From Cyanidioschyzon merolae (Eukaryota), in the NCBI GenBank assembly GCA_000091205.1, contig AP006495.2: DNA of 64,000 nucleotides. One strand, given 5' to 3'. The notes below the pieces were generated by a model. The model was not told the DNA's origin and made no database searches. It saw nothing but the letters and a program-made list of their open reading frames with translations. Position 1 is the stretch's first letter, and each line of letters begins with the position of its first letter. Shown here in pieces: positions 44,995-56,828 of this stretch. The translations under genes were made by a program, and so were the position numbers.

Positions 44995-47900
44995 TGCGCA
45001 GCAAGTAGAGACGCGCTGAGCCAACAAGCTTGGAAGCGCAGCACCGAGTCGAGGATGCTTCGCCAATCAAGCATGGTTTAAGTAGGTATTTCGCCGAAGA
45101 TTCGAACTAAAATGCCTCTGAAATGGAAGCGCGCTCTCCATTTCCACGTTAGAAGGTATTGGGTTCACCATGTTCACACACTGAGTGTGATGCGCTCTGT
45201 ACCATCGACTCGTGGTGCTCCAAGATCCTTCCCGATGCATAGACTCGGCGCCTCAGGCCTGCTGCATTGGGAAACCGTATCATGTCAGTGCGTTACTGCA
45301 GACAAGAATCCAATGCTTGCTCCCTGGGAGACTGTTTTTTCCCGACGAAAGCCCTCAGAGTTTCAATACTTTGCCGACACGGCGCTCTGAATGCCGCTCT
45401 CGAACGTTCGCTCAGGACAAAGGCGCTTGACGGTACGGAAGCCCGAGTCCTTCGCGCATGATGAAGAAGGCTTTCAAGCGCAGATGACGATAGTGCTTGG
45501 GCGCATTTTGGCTGGCACAATCACCCCGTAACAAGCCTCGCAGCTTCGCCGTCTGACGTTTACTCATCGAACCGCAAACCATCGCATGTATCCATCTCTG
45601 TTTTACGCGCGACTTGTCTGCTAGTTTCAGCGCGTACTCTTGCTCATGATGCCGGGATATCGTCCCGAACTCATCGATGGGAATCGTGAACAATCGATTC
45701 CCACACTCGTTGCGTCCTCGAGTCCAGGACGACACAGTGCGGCCCGTGAGCGTTGCAGCAATGGCCAGCGCCATCACCACCACTGCCACCATCACTAAAC
45801 GACGTGTCGTGCCTCTCATGTCCGTTCCCAACTCAATCAACAAGTTGGCGAATGCTCACGTCTTGTCCCTGTGCAGTTGAAAGCTTTCGCGACCTCCGGG
45901 CGGTTGCAGCACTCTTGCCGAGGATGTTACGCCTAACCCATTCGGACGATCGAATCCTACATAAAGCGTGGCATTCCGTCCGGTAGCTCACGCTTTCCTG
46001 GGCCACTAGGATCAGGCTACAGCGCCCATAGGATGGGCCTCATGAAACCTTCGATATTTGCCTACATACGGTCTTGGTATTCGGTGTTGGTTTGATACAT
46101 TCGGAACCGGCGCTAGAGGTATTCTTATCGCCGGTGTGGAGCGTTAAAGCATCAAGATATTCTTGGGATACGCGTATGCAAATCGCTGGTCCTACGATGA
46201 AGACGTGTTGCACCGTTCGCGCCAAGCATCGGTTGCGTCGTCGCACGAAGGTTCGGGCACGAGCTTTGTTAAAAAACCGTGGACTATAGGTAGCTTTGTA
46301 TTCAGAATTCCTACGAATATTGGCGTGACGAAGTGCGTCGTAGCGAGGAAATCTCGGCGAGTCTTGCGCGCGTGGAAGGCAATACGATATTTCATGACGT
46401 GGTGGAGCTCAGTTTTTAAAAACTCCGCTTTTCATGCGTTTCCCTTGGAGGGATTCCAGAAAGGTGTTTCCGCTTCAATGGCTTTTCCTACCTGTCCCAT
46501 CTCGTCCTCTTTTGGTGATGATCTTTCTTTTCTTTCTCCCTAGGTTTCTACTGTTCCCCCGTTACCTCATTGCATGGCATGGATAAAGCAGCCATTCTCC
46601 AGGTAAGATACTCATCACGGGACTCAGACCCATTGAATTGAGTGTTGCACTGAAGTTTGCAATTTCCACGCTTGTGTCTACCATGCGCGAGGGACCTTTT
46701 TGTCACCTTGTCAGTTGCGAAAAACGTCCATGAACTGAAGCGCAACTTTCCGCTCCCTCGAGCGCACGAGTAGAGGAGCAACAGAGCTACTCAGAGCGAG
46801 AGTGGAACTGGAGAAGAACAATTTGCCAGAGAACGGTGCCACGGATGCGAGCGACGCGTCGATTCATCCGCGAGCGCCTGAATCGCGTTTTCGCAACAGA
46901 AAAGATGCGTTCGCGTGCATTGAACTCGGCAGCACTGGCTTGCACGATGAGCAACTTGCCGCCAATCTCAACAGCGCACATCATGATCGCTGCTGAGTGA
47001 ACGCAAGAGACGTACTCTAAGAACAGGATAGGGGAATACGGGAAGGAGGTACCACCTCGAGGTGCATCGACGAAGGATACGATGTTGAGCGATACTGTTC
47101 GTTTGGCGATTCGTAGACGAGCACACAATAACATCGTCGCAGGGGCTCGTGTTGTCGTGGTACTCGCATGTCTTTTCTTTGCCAATGGCGGTTTTTCCCT
47201 CATTGAATACGCATATGCTAGAGGTCAACGATGTATCCTGAATGCTATCTGATTGACTGTGGCGAACGCGTATTGTTTCGGTCAGATACGTTCGTGTTTC
47301 AGGGCAAAATCGATCAGATAAAGTTCCGTGCGTGACGGGTTCCCAGAGGGGTGCGCATTTTTTGTTTGTCCATCTGCGTCTCTCCATCATCGTTGGGAGC
47401 ACTGGACGGATACTTCACATTCTGCGGCTTCTTTGATGGTATTTCTCAGAAAAACATATGGTTTGGAATGGATTGGCAAGGAGACAGTCGTATAGATAAT
47501 GTCTGATACGTTCTGTATTCGATGCACGACGTTCAGGATAAGGGCGACGACAAGGGTGATTTTCATCAACCGTCTGACAGGATAAGGACTGCCATGGACA
47601 CTTGGGATCCTTTTTCTCCCGGGAGCGCGGTGGGTGCCTCAAGTCTATCAGCGACCTTGCTCCAATCTATCGGATACATCTTCTTTTGCTAGATACCCGC
47701 TGGAAACCATGCAAAGACAGACATTGCATCCTGAACCAGACATTCGGCAAGTCATTGCTCTGCGTATACCAGCGAATGCCATAGCGACTGTACGTAGCCC
47801 GGACGCGGCAACTCAGTATGTTGACGTCAGGCGACGGATGTCGAGTTCACCTTGGCCAGTGTGATCATCACAGCAATATCCAGGTACTGAAGATATCGTT

Positions 47901-50327
47901 TCCGCACGCCGCGTCAGCTAGCACCATGACACCCGCGGGGCCGCGACTGCCAGATCGCTTTCAGCGTTGCCTCGGTCAACGCTCCGGCGCATGTGGTCTA
48001 CTGTCGTTGCCTCCGGAGTCGTGCTTGTGTCGTGTGATGATTAGCATTCGCCAATACCCATAGCGTTGCGTAAATGAAAACCCCTACGCTAGCAACACTT
48101 CCCTGTATTCAGTGCTCATGATGGACGCCACTTCAGTGATACTCGTGTTCTTCTCGTCTGGACACGAGGTTTCATAACGTCTAAAGTTGTTGATGGGCGC
48201 TAGATCTACAGTATCTCTAATATTTACCCGTATTGATTATGTCTATTTCGAAATCTTCCATCAGGACCTGCTATTCATGTTCGCATCGGAGGCGACTGTC
48301 AACCCTATGGTTTATCTCAGCAGCCCATGCCGGCGACGCCGTTGGCTGAAAGCGATGGAATATAGGGAGTCTGGTGTCAGCCTTGAAAACAAAGCTGATA
48401 CCAGTTTGTTCTTGGACGTGTGCCTCGAACTGAACGTCACTTTGACGGAGCGACCTTCTAGGGATCGCCACGCTGGAATCGGGTCTAGGCGAGCGGCGAG
48501 ATGCACGTTGCGTCTGCCTCTCACGCAAGACACAGTTCCTGTACGCTTCGATATGGGCACTGGTGAGCGATGGCGTACAACAATATGTCGCCGCCGTCGC
48601 CAACAACGTCCGCGGAACAGATGAAGTTGTCGTGTTCCGTCAAAGATTGCTAGGTTTGGTAGAAAAAATTGCCTACTCCAGCACGATCAAGAAAGCATTG
48701 ATTGCGAGGCGTCCTGGCCCGTATCCGATCTCCAAAAGGTCCATCATAGAGATACATGCAGGGCAATGAGGTATGTATTCTGGACGGGGTCGTACACTAC
48801 CCATGGGATATATCGGGTACGAAGCACTGGTACAGTTCGTAAACCAAGACGAATGCGGTTCGATTCGGTGACGCCATCCATGGTATCACGAAGAACAGCA
48901 CTTTCACAGAATATAGTGTCTTCTTGCTCGTGTCGAAACGTGAATTTCGGATGCGGGAAATCAGGTGGACTGACGGGCAATCAACTCGTTGAGCGCTTGT
49001 GCTTTCTCCAAGGGGTGTTCTGTGTGGTGCGAGCGCCTAAACACGAATGTTCAGTACAGCGTGCAATGCTGATGGCCGCGTTTGCGCCCCATCGAATGGC
49101 AAACCAGCAAGCTCTTGCATGCGAGTGAAAACTTGAAGAATCCCGCGGGAGAAGATTGTCAGACGCATCGTTCCATGCAGATCAGCAGATTTAGTCGCTC
49201 GTATCGCACTGGCGTCCGACTCGCTGAATTTCGCGGTCATTAAAAAATCCCCGAGGTTTTCGTCTCCATACATGGCGCACTCGCACGGCAAGTGCAGCGA
49301 AGGAGCCACAGTTCAAGCATAGAAAATGACGCGAGCAAGCGACATGCGCCCGTCGTCAATGAAACGCGCGTTGTTTCCGAGAACCGTACGTTTTCAGGGC
49401 GCCTACGGCCTCAGATGAGTGTGTGATAAGTTGAGTTCCATTAAAAATCACGACGGAATGAGCTGATGAGATACCTGAAGCGTTCTGATACAGAAAACCC
49501 GCTCCTTGGGGTACTGGTAGTGGAGCTTGGGTTCGGCCCGCAGCTCAGTTCTCGTCAGTGTTGCGTGCACGCGTCGCTGGACCAGCTTGAAACGCAGCCA
49601 TTAAAAAGTCTTCTTGGATACAGTAACGGATACATCTATAGGTGATCAGTCTTGTACCGACAAGAGCTGGGTAAAGGATCCTCAAGAGTCGAGAGTACGC
49701 TCTCGGCGCAGATGCCTACAGAGCACTGCATGCTTGTAGCGTTGGCACTACCGCACTTGAATTGCAAGTCAAGCGCGGATTTTCTCTAGATAAAGTCAGT
49801 CGATTCCTGAAATCATGGAACTCGAGAACGCCAGGCTGCAGTGTGCAGGCTAGTCCGATAGAACTCTAGAGACCACAGCAGTTCCCCAGTGTGTTCTATG
49901 CCGAAGAAACGATCCGCTCGTTTCGCGAAGTTTCTAACCAATGCTATACGCGGCACATGATCTGCACGATGCGATCATGAAGACATCTTGGGTCAAGAAG
50001 TCCTGAAGTTCACGCAGCGCGGTGACAAACTGAAGTCGCAGCGCGTAGCCAAGCTGCAATGTTGCAAATATGCTTGCAATGGACGGAAGCGCTCGCAGGA
50101 GGCAGCGTCGGCGACATGTCCATTCCATACATTCATGTCGCAAAAGTATCAACAACGTCTAATAGCGTATGCAGCGTGCAGCATCGCCCTGGATGCGACA
50201 TGTCCTTGAAATGCATTGATGTCGCAAAAGCATTCACTCGATCAGATCGCTGGCGCTGTTTTTCTGCGGGTAGCTGCTTGCGCGTACCACAGTTGCTGGC
50301 CTGAGTGCCCTGTGTCGCGGTGATGCT

Positions 50328-50852
50328 ATGGACGCAGAAAACTTACCGGATCCGGGGAATATCCAAGGATTTACGATTCGGGTTACCGAAAGCTTGTTAA
50401 ATAGGCTAGGCGACGGATTTTCACGGCGTTCGCCGATGGAAGGAGACGTTGGTGTCCAGGTCCGGACACCTCGGGAGCGACAGCTCGTGGAGCAAGTTCA
50501 AGCAATAGAGCGACGTAAACGCATTGAGCTCGCGAAACGTGTTCAGTCACGTTTGCAGCAGCTCGAAGAACGAAGGCTCCTTCAGGCAAGGGAGGCAGCG
50601 GAGCGCAAGTTGCAGGAACTGGAGCAGAAGGACTATGCAGCTCCGGCACCGGTGGGCGCCCTGCCGTGTTCCGCTGAACGCCGAGCGCTCTTTCGCTGCT
50701 ATAAGGAAAACCCGAACCCCTTGCAGTGTGGTCTAGAGGTGTCAGCTTTTGAACAATGCGCGAAAGAGGTCGAGCTCCAGGTTCTGCGTAGGGAACTCGG
50801 GCCGCAGCACGCGGCGAACGTTGCCGCTGCCCGCAGCTCTGCGTCCGAGTGA
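50328..50852 (+). CDS. MICOS subunit Mic19-like (CHCHD3/6 family; DUF737 plus twin Cx9C CHCH domain)
   Basis: ATG verified at 50328. N-terminal NIQGFTIRVTESLLNRL matches Mic19 NITVVKGIRLSENVIDRM, followed by a central coiled coil. The C-terminal twin Cx9C is CSAERRALFRC...CGLEVSAFEQC. Confidence 0.6.
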   Translation: MDAENLPDPGNIQGFTIRVTESLLNRLGDGFSRRSPMEGDVGVQVRTPRERQLVEQVQAIERRKRIELAKRVQSRLQQLEERRLLQAREAAERKLQELEQKDYAAPAPVGALPCSAERRALFRCYKENPNPLQCGLEVSAFEQCAKEVELQVLRRELGPQHAANVAAARSSASE

Positions 50853-51910
50853 AACGTTCGACGCGGTGCTGTGGCGAAGGACTGGTGCGCCATCAAATGT
50901 TTACCTAGATATCGTTCTGCAGGTATAGACTCGTCTCCAAGCAATGTAACGCTATATTTTCTGAAGACGCTGACAAAGCTTTTGAAGCGCGCGTGCTACA
51001 AGCCGGTGAAGAGGTCAGCAGCGGACACCTTGACAGCCGCCACTCGGCGTAGCGGTTTCATCCTGTCTGCTATCTGAGCAGATTATGAACTCCAGTTGTG
51101 CTGAGCCCGCGGGACATGTGACGGAACCAGCGAACCTGCATCATTTACGGAAGATTTGAAAAGAAAATCCCAAGCGCTGTTCGGAAACCGCAGGAGCCAT
51201 GCCACCAGCTTTCAAGTCGCACGCAAATGTGGGATCGTACTCACATCGGCTTTCGATGGATCACGCTGCCGCTACGTAGCTTTCCGGAGAAACGCCCCGT
51301 TCCAGTGCGTTCGATATGAAGTGTTGGATCGATACGCACTACACGTGCGGATCTGTTTGCGAACAACGCTCGATGCGCTTGAACGCCTCGTGGTTCAATG
51401 GAGATGCGCGTGTGCATCTTCGTGTGCGTTATGAATATATGACGTAGCGTTCGTCGTTCTTCGAGGAGGATGCATCCCCAGCGAACGGCGTTTCGGGAAG
51501 CGCTCCTGTACCGGACGATAGAGACATGGATGGCGAGGTTGCCGTCCGTCGCTCGCCTGAACAGAGCGCGCTCCACTCCGAGGCTACGCTCTAGAACCAA
51601 GTCGTATCTATCAGGCGTATGACGTAAAAACGCTCTGCTATGATGCTGTGCATAAAACCGCGTTCAGTATGGGGGCCAAGAGCGACGAACGTGGATCCAA
51701 GTGCGATGCGTGGAGCAAGCACCACAGCCGCAACCCGTGAGCTGATGACCCTCAAGTCCGGGGCGGGCGAGCTTGCCAGCAGTCCTGGGCTCGACTAGCA
51801 CACGATTCGCAGTGTTCCAGTCTTATGGCGTCAGAATGCGTGTTTACCAGTTTTACGGCCGCTCGCACCGACTAGGGCGCCTGCGGAAACGCCCACGGCT
51901 TATGTGTGGA

Positions 51911-53245
51911 CTACATGCGCGCATCTTCTGCTGTTGCCGATACTGGACGCGGTTCTCCGTTACTATCGATCCGCATGGCTGCTTTGGCTGCTTGCTTGTG
52001 AAGGCGCTTTGCCTCTTTGCCTACTGGCTGCTCGAGCAGTTGTCGGACATATGGGTCTTGAATTGTTTTCGAGCTTTTGACCCCAGTTGGAAAGGGCATC
52101 GTGGTGATGCGCTGCGTGTACGCTGGGAGGATGAGCGCAGTATACTTGAATCGGGCGATGTAATGGCCTTCTTTCTCATAGAGAACTGGGTAAGGGATGA
52201 CGAGGCCATGGCTCTGCATTTCTCCGATACCGAGCCGCGCAACCTTGTTCTCCGGATCATCCTGGACGATCCCCCGGAGCGTGAACGGAAAAACTGGTGA
52301 AGTTCGATTCACCTCGTTGAACAACTGGCGGGAGGCTTTCATTTTGAGCAAGTAATCCCGATCGATCGCTCGTTTGAACACCGTTGTCCTTGCATCGCCA
52401 GGCTTGACTTTGCCGGTCTCCGAGGTCGACATCACAACATCGATAGCGAAGACGCTGTTCACCTCAAACTCGCATTCCTCTACCCGCTGGTCGACTGTCG
52501 GCTTGCTTAAGATCACACGCCTCCCGTCTATGACATATCGTTTCATTTCATGGGAAAGCACACCCTCCACGACGGAACACCCGAAATCTGCGGCCACTTT
52601 AGCCAGGACCTCTGTCACTTGCGAATTCTTACACCCTGGTCTTAGAAGTCGCAAAGCAGCTTCCGCTGCATAGTAGGCAGCGCAAATTGCATCCGCTGCT
52701 CGCTCGGGAACCGCCGGTTGATCTTTTCCATTCCGTTCTACCTGCATGCTTTCAGTTTCCGAGGCTCCAGGTGCCTCCGAGGTCTCGTTGCGAGTCTTCG
52801 CCTCAGACCACGCAAAAAGTTCCAGGGGATGCGCCTGCCATTGGAGTCCAGATTCGGTAACGATGCCAGTGGCTGCCAGGAGCGCCACATAACCGTCGAT
52901 ATGGGCCCCCAGGTCGATACTGCAAACGTCGCCCTCCTTTACCGTGGTGTCCTCGGTTTCTAGCGGAGAAAAATGACCTGCACAGTTATTGATCCCGATA
53001 CAAGTCGGGAACGCCACGCCTTTTCCAATTGGTTCCCGCTTCTTCCCCTTGTTTTTGTTGAATACCGTTCCGCAGCGGTTGCGGATCGCTTCGTCACCCA
53101 GCCGACACAGCGCAGCGACGGACGCTCCTGGCCGTAGCGCTCGAGAGACAGCCTCTAACGCTTGGTTTGCGATATCCGCGGCTGTTTTATATTTCGTTAT
53201 CACATCAGGGTCCTCGATGTTGCGCTCCGGCGCGTCGTCTGCCAT
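51911..53245 (-). CDS. PA2G4: Proliferation-associated protein 2G4 / EBP1 homologue (M24 methionine-aminopeptidase-like fold, non-peptidase)
   Basis: N-terminal VITKYKTAADIANQALEAV matches EBP1 VVTKYKMGGDIANRVL. The M24 fold runs throughout (GDVCSIDLGAHIDGY, a pita-bread-like core), and the C-terminal tail is lysine-rich as in EBP1. ATG (minus strand) at 53245 gives MADDAPERNIEDPDVITKYK. Confidence 0.8.
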   Translation of the reverse strand: MADDAPERNIEDPDVITKYKTAADIANQALEAVSRALRPGASVAALCRLGDEAIRNRCGTVFNKNKGKKREPIGKGVAFPTCIGINNCAGHFSPLETEDTTVKEGDVCSIDLGAHIDGYVALLAATGIVTESGLQWQAHPLELFAWSEAKTRNETSEAPGASETESMQVERNGKDQPAVPERAADAICAAYYAAEAALRLLRPGCKNSQVTEVLAKVAADFGCSVVEGVLSHEMKRYVIDGRRVILSKPTVDQRVEECEFEVNSVFAIDVVMSTSETGKVKPGDARTTVFKRAIDRDYLLKMKASRQLFNEVNRTSPVFPFTLRGIVQDDPENKVARLGIGEMQSHGLVIPYPVLYEKEGHYIARFKYTALILPAYTQRITTMPFPTGVKSSKTIQDPYVRQLLEQPVGKEAKRLHKQAAKAAMRIDSNGEPRPVSATAEDARM

Positions 53246-53531
53246 GTTCGTGAAGGAGGCGTTACGGCTGCGCGGATACGAAACGAGGGGTTCTACCTCT
53301 TGACCGAAAGAGGCTCTCAAACTCAGTTTCGGCCCTAAACAGCTCAGAAACAGGAAGCACTCACGAGGGCAACACGCTTTGACACAAAACCGGTGCCTAC
53401 GAGTCGCACGCTCTCACGCAGTCAAAGCTTGTGAGCGCTCACGCGCTGCCCCCGATAGCCTCGCCCCGCGTTTGTCAGTAGACGCCAGGTCGAGTCGGGT
53501 ACACACACGAGGTTGTCGTTGTCGTCGACGA

Positions 53532-53556
53532 CGGCGGCGGCGGCGGCGGCGGCGGC
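53532..53556. repeat. (CGG)8 microsatellite
   Basis: Direct read of acggcggcggcggcggcggcggcggcc in intergenic DNA downstream of the EBP1 gene. Confidence 0.9.
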
Positions 53557-55247
53557 CATCGCTCGCCGCGCTCTCCTGGACACCATCCAGCAGAGCGCTT
53601 CGCCGAGCGGCCTCGCGGTACGTACGGGAATCGACCTGTTGTCCAGCGTCATTGAGGGCGTCGCGTTTTTGTCTACCGTTTTGCTGGCGCGTCTGTACGC
53701 GGGTGTCGATGCTGAACCTATCCCTAATTTTGACGAGGGCAGCGTACACCGCAGCGGCTTTTGATAGGAGAGGTGGTGATAGCGAAATCGGGACGCATGG
53801 GTAACACGCTCTCTCATGTGTGACGCATGCTCATTCCGGAGCGAGACTGGTGGATGAAAGGCAGTTCCAATGCATAGACGTGTCGCACATTCTCTCTTGC
53901 CTGTCGTGTGTGAGCGTTGTGGACCGGAGAGCGCGCGGCGACGGGTGCCTCACATGAACATACATACACTGGAGCGCATCGACGCATACATGCAGGTACA
54001 CAAGCAAGCATCCTAGATGGAGTTGGCATTTGTTGACAGTATCCGGCTCCGAACTAACGAATGCTAGACTGGTTGTATGGTCGCGCGGGGTGCACCAATC
54101 CGAAAGCACCATTGTGAGGTTGTGTGGCGCTGCAAGAGCCTTCGCGTAATGCGCGCAGCAGACCGGCACTCGCAACATGGTGAACATCTGCCCCGTGCCT
54201 AGAGGTGCATCTTGCAGCGGCTCTTCGCGAAAAAAGAATGCGTGTATTCGGTTGTCTAGGTACAAGGGATCCATACGGTCTTGAACCCTTTGCTTTAGGA
54301 TCTCTTGCTACGCATACGCTCGATCACTTGAAGCAATCGACATCGGGGTGTTTCACATGGAGCTCATGAAATGGATCGAGGTTACGCAGTATGCCATCAA
54401 AGAGACTCAATCGGTTCGGTCAGCTGAAATTTTTCAGCCGCTCGCGAGCATTGACGAGTCTGATGCAGAACATAGATACGAGGCGCACGCTTCGCCATGG
54501 AAAGAAAACAACTCTGCTCGCAGACTGTTTGATCTCTGTACATTAGAAGTAAACTGGAGCTTCCCTGTGCACCTGGGGAGATCGGCTCCGTGCGTCGTCT
54601 GCACAGTAATCGACAAATATCCAGAGCATTGGATAACATGTTATCGACTCTCGAACGACACAATCTAGAGACTCGCTTTCGTATAGATATGTAGATACGC
54701 ACTATGGCAGTGAAACGATCAAGTCCCGCGATAACAGCGTAAATGAATACCCGCCTGCAGACGCCTCCCAGCCTTTTTTGACCAGCGGCTTCTTATCGGT
54801 TCGCGTTTCTCCTTGGACATTTCGATCCTGGGAGTTTGCCCAAGAAAATAGATCGCGTCAGCTCTTCGGATCTCATCTGCAACATCATACATCATCTCAT
54901 ATAGCTGGCGATGTTGAAGTCTGTATTCACGAGATCCGCGCGTTTATTGCCTCTGGTTGAACGCACCATTGCAAGGATTCCTCTAATTCTTGCGCTCTGT
55001 GCTACGCCAGTATCATCATTGTCCCACTGAGCAAACGCCTTCTCTCGCGTATCGCCCTTCATATCGCTCGCCTCCTTCCTCTTCGTCACTCGCTCTTCTT
55101 CGCTCGCTGGTCGGCGAGAACTGGATTTTGCATTGTTTGTTTCTGTCAGGGAGCGACGTCTGCCTCCAAGATCCCTGTCTTTCATCTTCATACCTCCCCC
55201 TTGGATTTTCTATTTCTTCACAAGAACGCACTCGGAACACATTTGCT

Positions 55248-56828
55248 ATGCACTGCGATAAAGCATTTGGTTACACGCATCTGCCTATGGAACACAATTC
55301 AGGTGAAACACTTGAACACACCCAGGTGCACTGCCGGCACGCAACTACGCTGAAAGCGCACGTGGAGCTGCAGTCGACTTTCACTGGACCGAAGCTCCCT
55401 GGCGAGCCAACAAGCATGCAGGGAACTTGTTCAGTAGCTACAGAACGTTACGGCTTCGTCGCACCGAACCAGTTGCTTCAGCAGAACAAGCGCTGGCGAA
55501 CGCAGGCTCTTCGGCGAGCAGGCGTCTGGGACGTTCCCGAGGCCGTTGTTTCACTGAGAACGTTTCGGGTTGCTCGGAACGCGGGCAGTGGGCGCGTGCC
55601 CCGGGCCGGCTTCATACGTCGAGTGCTGGCACTCTCTGTGCGACACGCTCGGGAAGGGCAAACGCTTGACCCCAGCGCTGCGCCACGGTCCTCTCTAGAG
55701 TCGGGGACCTGGTTCAAGCTTATTTGCGGAGCTTCGTTCAACGAGGTGACAGAGATTGCTCCGCTCACGAGAGACTATGCGCTAGCAGGTGCTGATTGCG
55801 TAGACTGCGCGGCCGAGCCAGCCGTTGTTCAAGCAGTCCTGGACGGACTAGACGAGGCGGAGCGTCGGTGGCGGTGGACCCTCACCAGTGACTCGTCTTG
55901 CGCCCGTCCGGATCGATTGACGAAGAGCTTCGCACGTCCATGGATCATGGTGTCAATTACCGACGATGAGATGGAACCGCACTTTCGAAAAGCGCGTGTG
56001 CACGTCGACGCGCACGCACCTTGCTGGCAATGCCCTGCTCCGTGTGCTCAACTTTGTCCAGCGGACGCCCTCACGTTGCCAGCGACGGCGAAAAACGTGA
56101 ACCAATTCCAAATATTCGGCATTTCGAGCACCCGATGTTATGGTTGTGGGCGCTGCATCCCCGCCTGTCCGTATCATTTGATTGAGACGCACTCGAGCAA
56201 GCAGACCCCACAGCAAGTGATGGCACTCGTGCGCAATTATCCCATCGATGCAGTCGAGGTTCACACGCGTGATCCGCTTAGCGAGTCGTTTGCTGCCCTC
56301 TGGTACAGCGAAATCGGGCGCACCCTGCGAGCGACGATGAAACTCATCGCGATTAGCATGCCGGAGCCCAATGACTGGAGTGTTTTCGAGTACATTGCGC
56401 GGCTCGTGTACGGGGCGCACGTCGACGAGTCGGGAACTGTGCAGGAGGCACCAGCGACGCCACCGAGTACGCCCATTCTTCTGTGGCAGTGTGATGGTAA
56501 GCCTATGACCGGTGATCTGGGTGCACCTGCCACCACTCGGGCGACCGTGCGCTATGCCACCAGCTTAGCGGAATACTTTCGAAGGAATCCGCACTTGCTT
56601 GCCGCACGGGGATTCATTCAGTGTGCTGGCGGTACCAATGCCCATACGATTCCGCTCCTTGAGGGCGTGGACGGGGTCCACGGGGTAGCTTACGGTGGCT
56701 ACGCGCGTCGACTCGTTGCAACCGGCGGCTATGAGGCTGCGCAACGGTTGGTACAGCAGGTGAAAACGCGCTTGGTATCTCCGAAAGCTGCCAATCGAGA
56801 AGCTGTGCAACCCGAAACGAGTCTGTAA
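55248..56828 (+). CDS. Fe-S protein with an LdpA-like N-domain and a 4Fe-4S ferredoxin motif; long N-terminal extension
   Basis: KLICGASFNEV...YALAGADCVDCAAEPAVVQAVLDGL recalls the KLICGAS signature of cyanobacterial LdpA as I remember it. A canonical CxxCxxCxxxCP (CYGCGRCIPACP) is present. The track start at 54990 is TTG, and the first ATG is at 55248. The ~150 aa before the conserved block are S/T/R-rich and transit-peptide-like. Confidence 0.45.
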   Translation: MHCDKAFGYTHLPMEHNSGETLEHTQVHCRHATTLKAHVELQSTFTGPKLPGEPTSMQGTCSVATERYGFVAPNQLLQQNKRWRTQALRRAGVWDVPEAVVSLRTFRVARNAGSGRVPRAGFIRRVLALSVRHAREGQTLDPSAAPRSSLESGTWFKLICGASFNEVTEIAPLTRDYALAGADCVDCAAEPAVVQAVLDGLDEAERRWRWTLTSDSSCARPDRLTKSFARPWIMVSITDDEMEPHFRKARVHVDAHAPCWQCPAPCAQLCPADALTLPATAKNVNQFQIFGISSTRCYGCGRCIPACPYHLIETHSSKQTPQQVMALVRNYPIDAVEVHTRDPLSESFAALWYSEIGRTLRATMKLIAISMPEPNDWSVFEYIARLVYGAHVDESGTVQEAPATPPSTPILLWQCDGKPMTGDLGAPATTRATVRYATSLAEYFRRNPHLLAARGFIQCAGGTNAHTIPLLEGVDGVHGVAYGGYARRLVATGGYEAAQRLVQQVKTRLVSPKAANREAVQPETSL

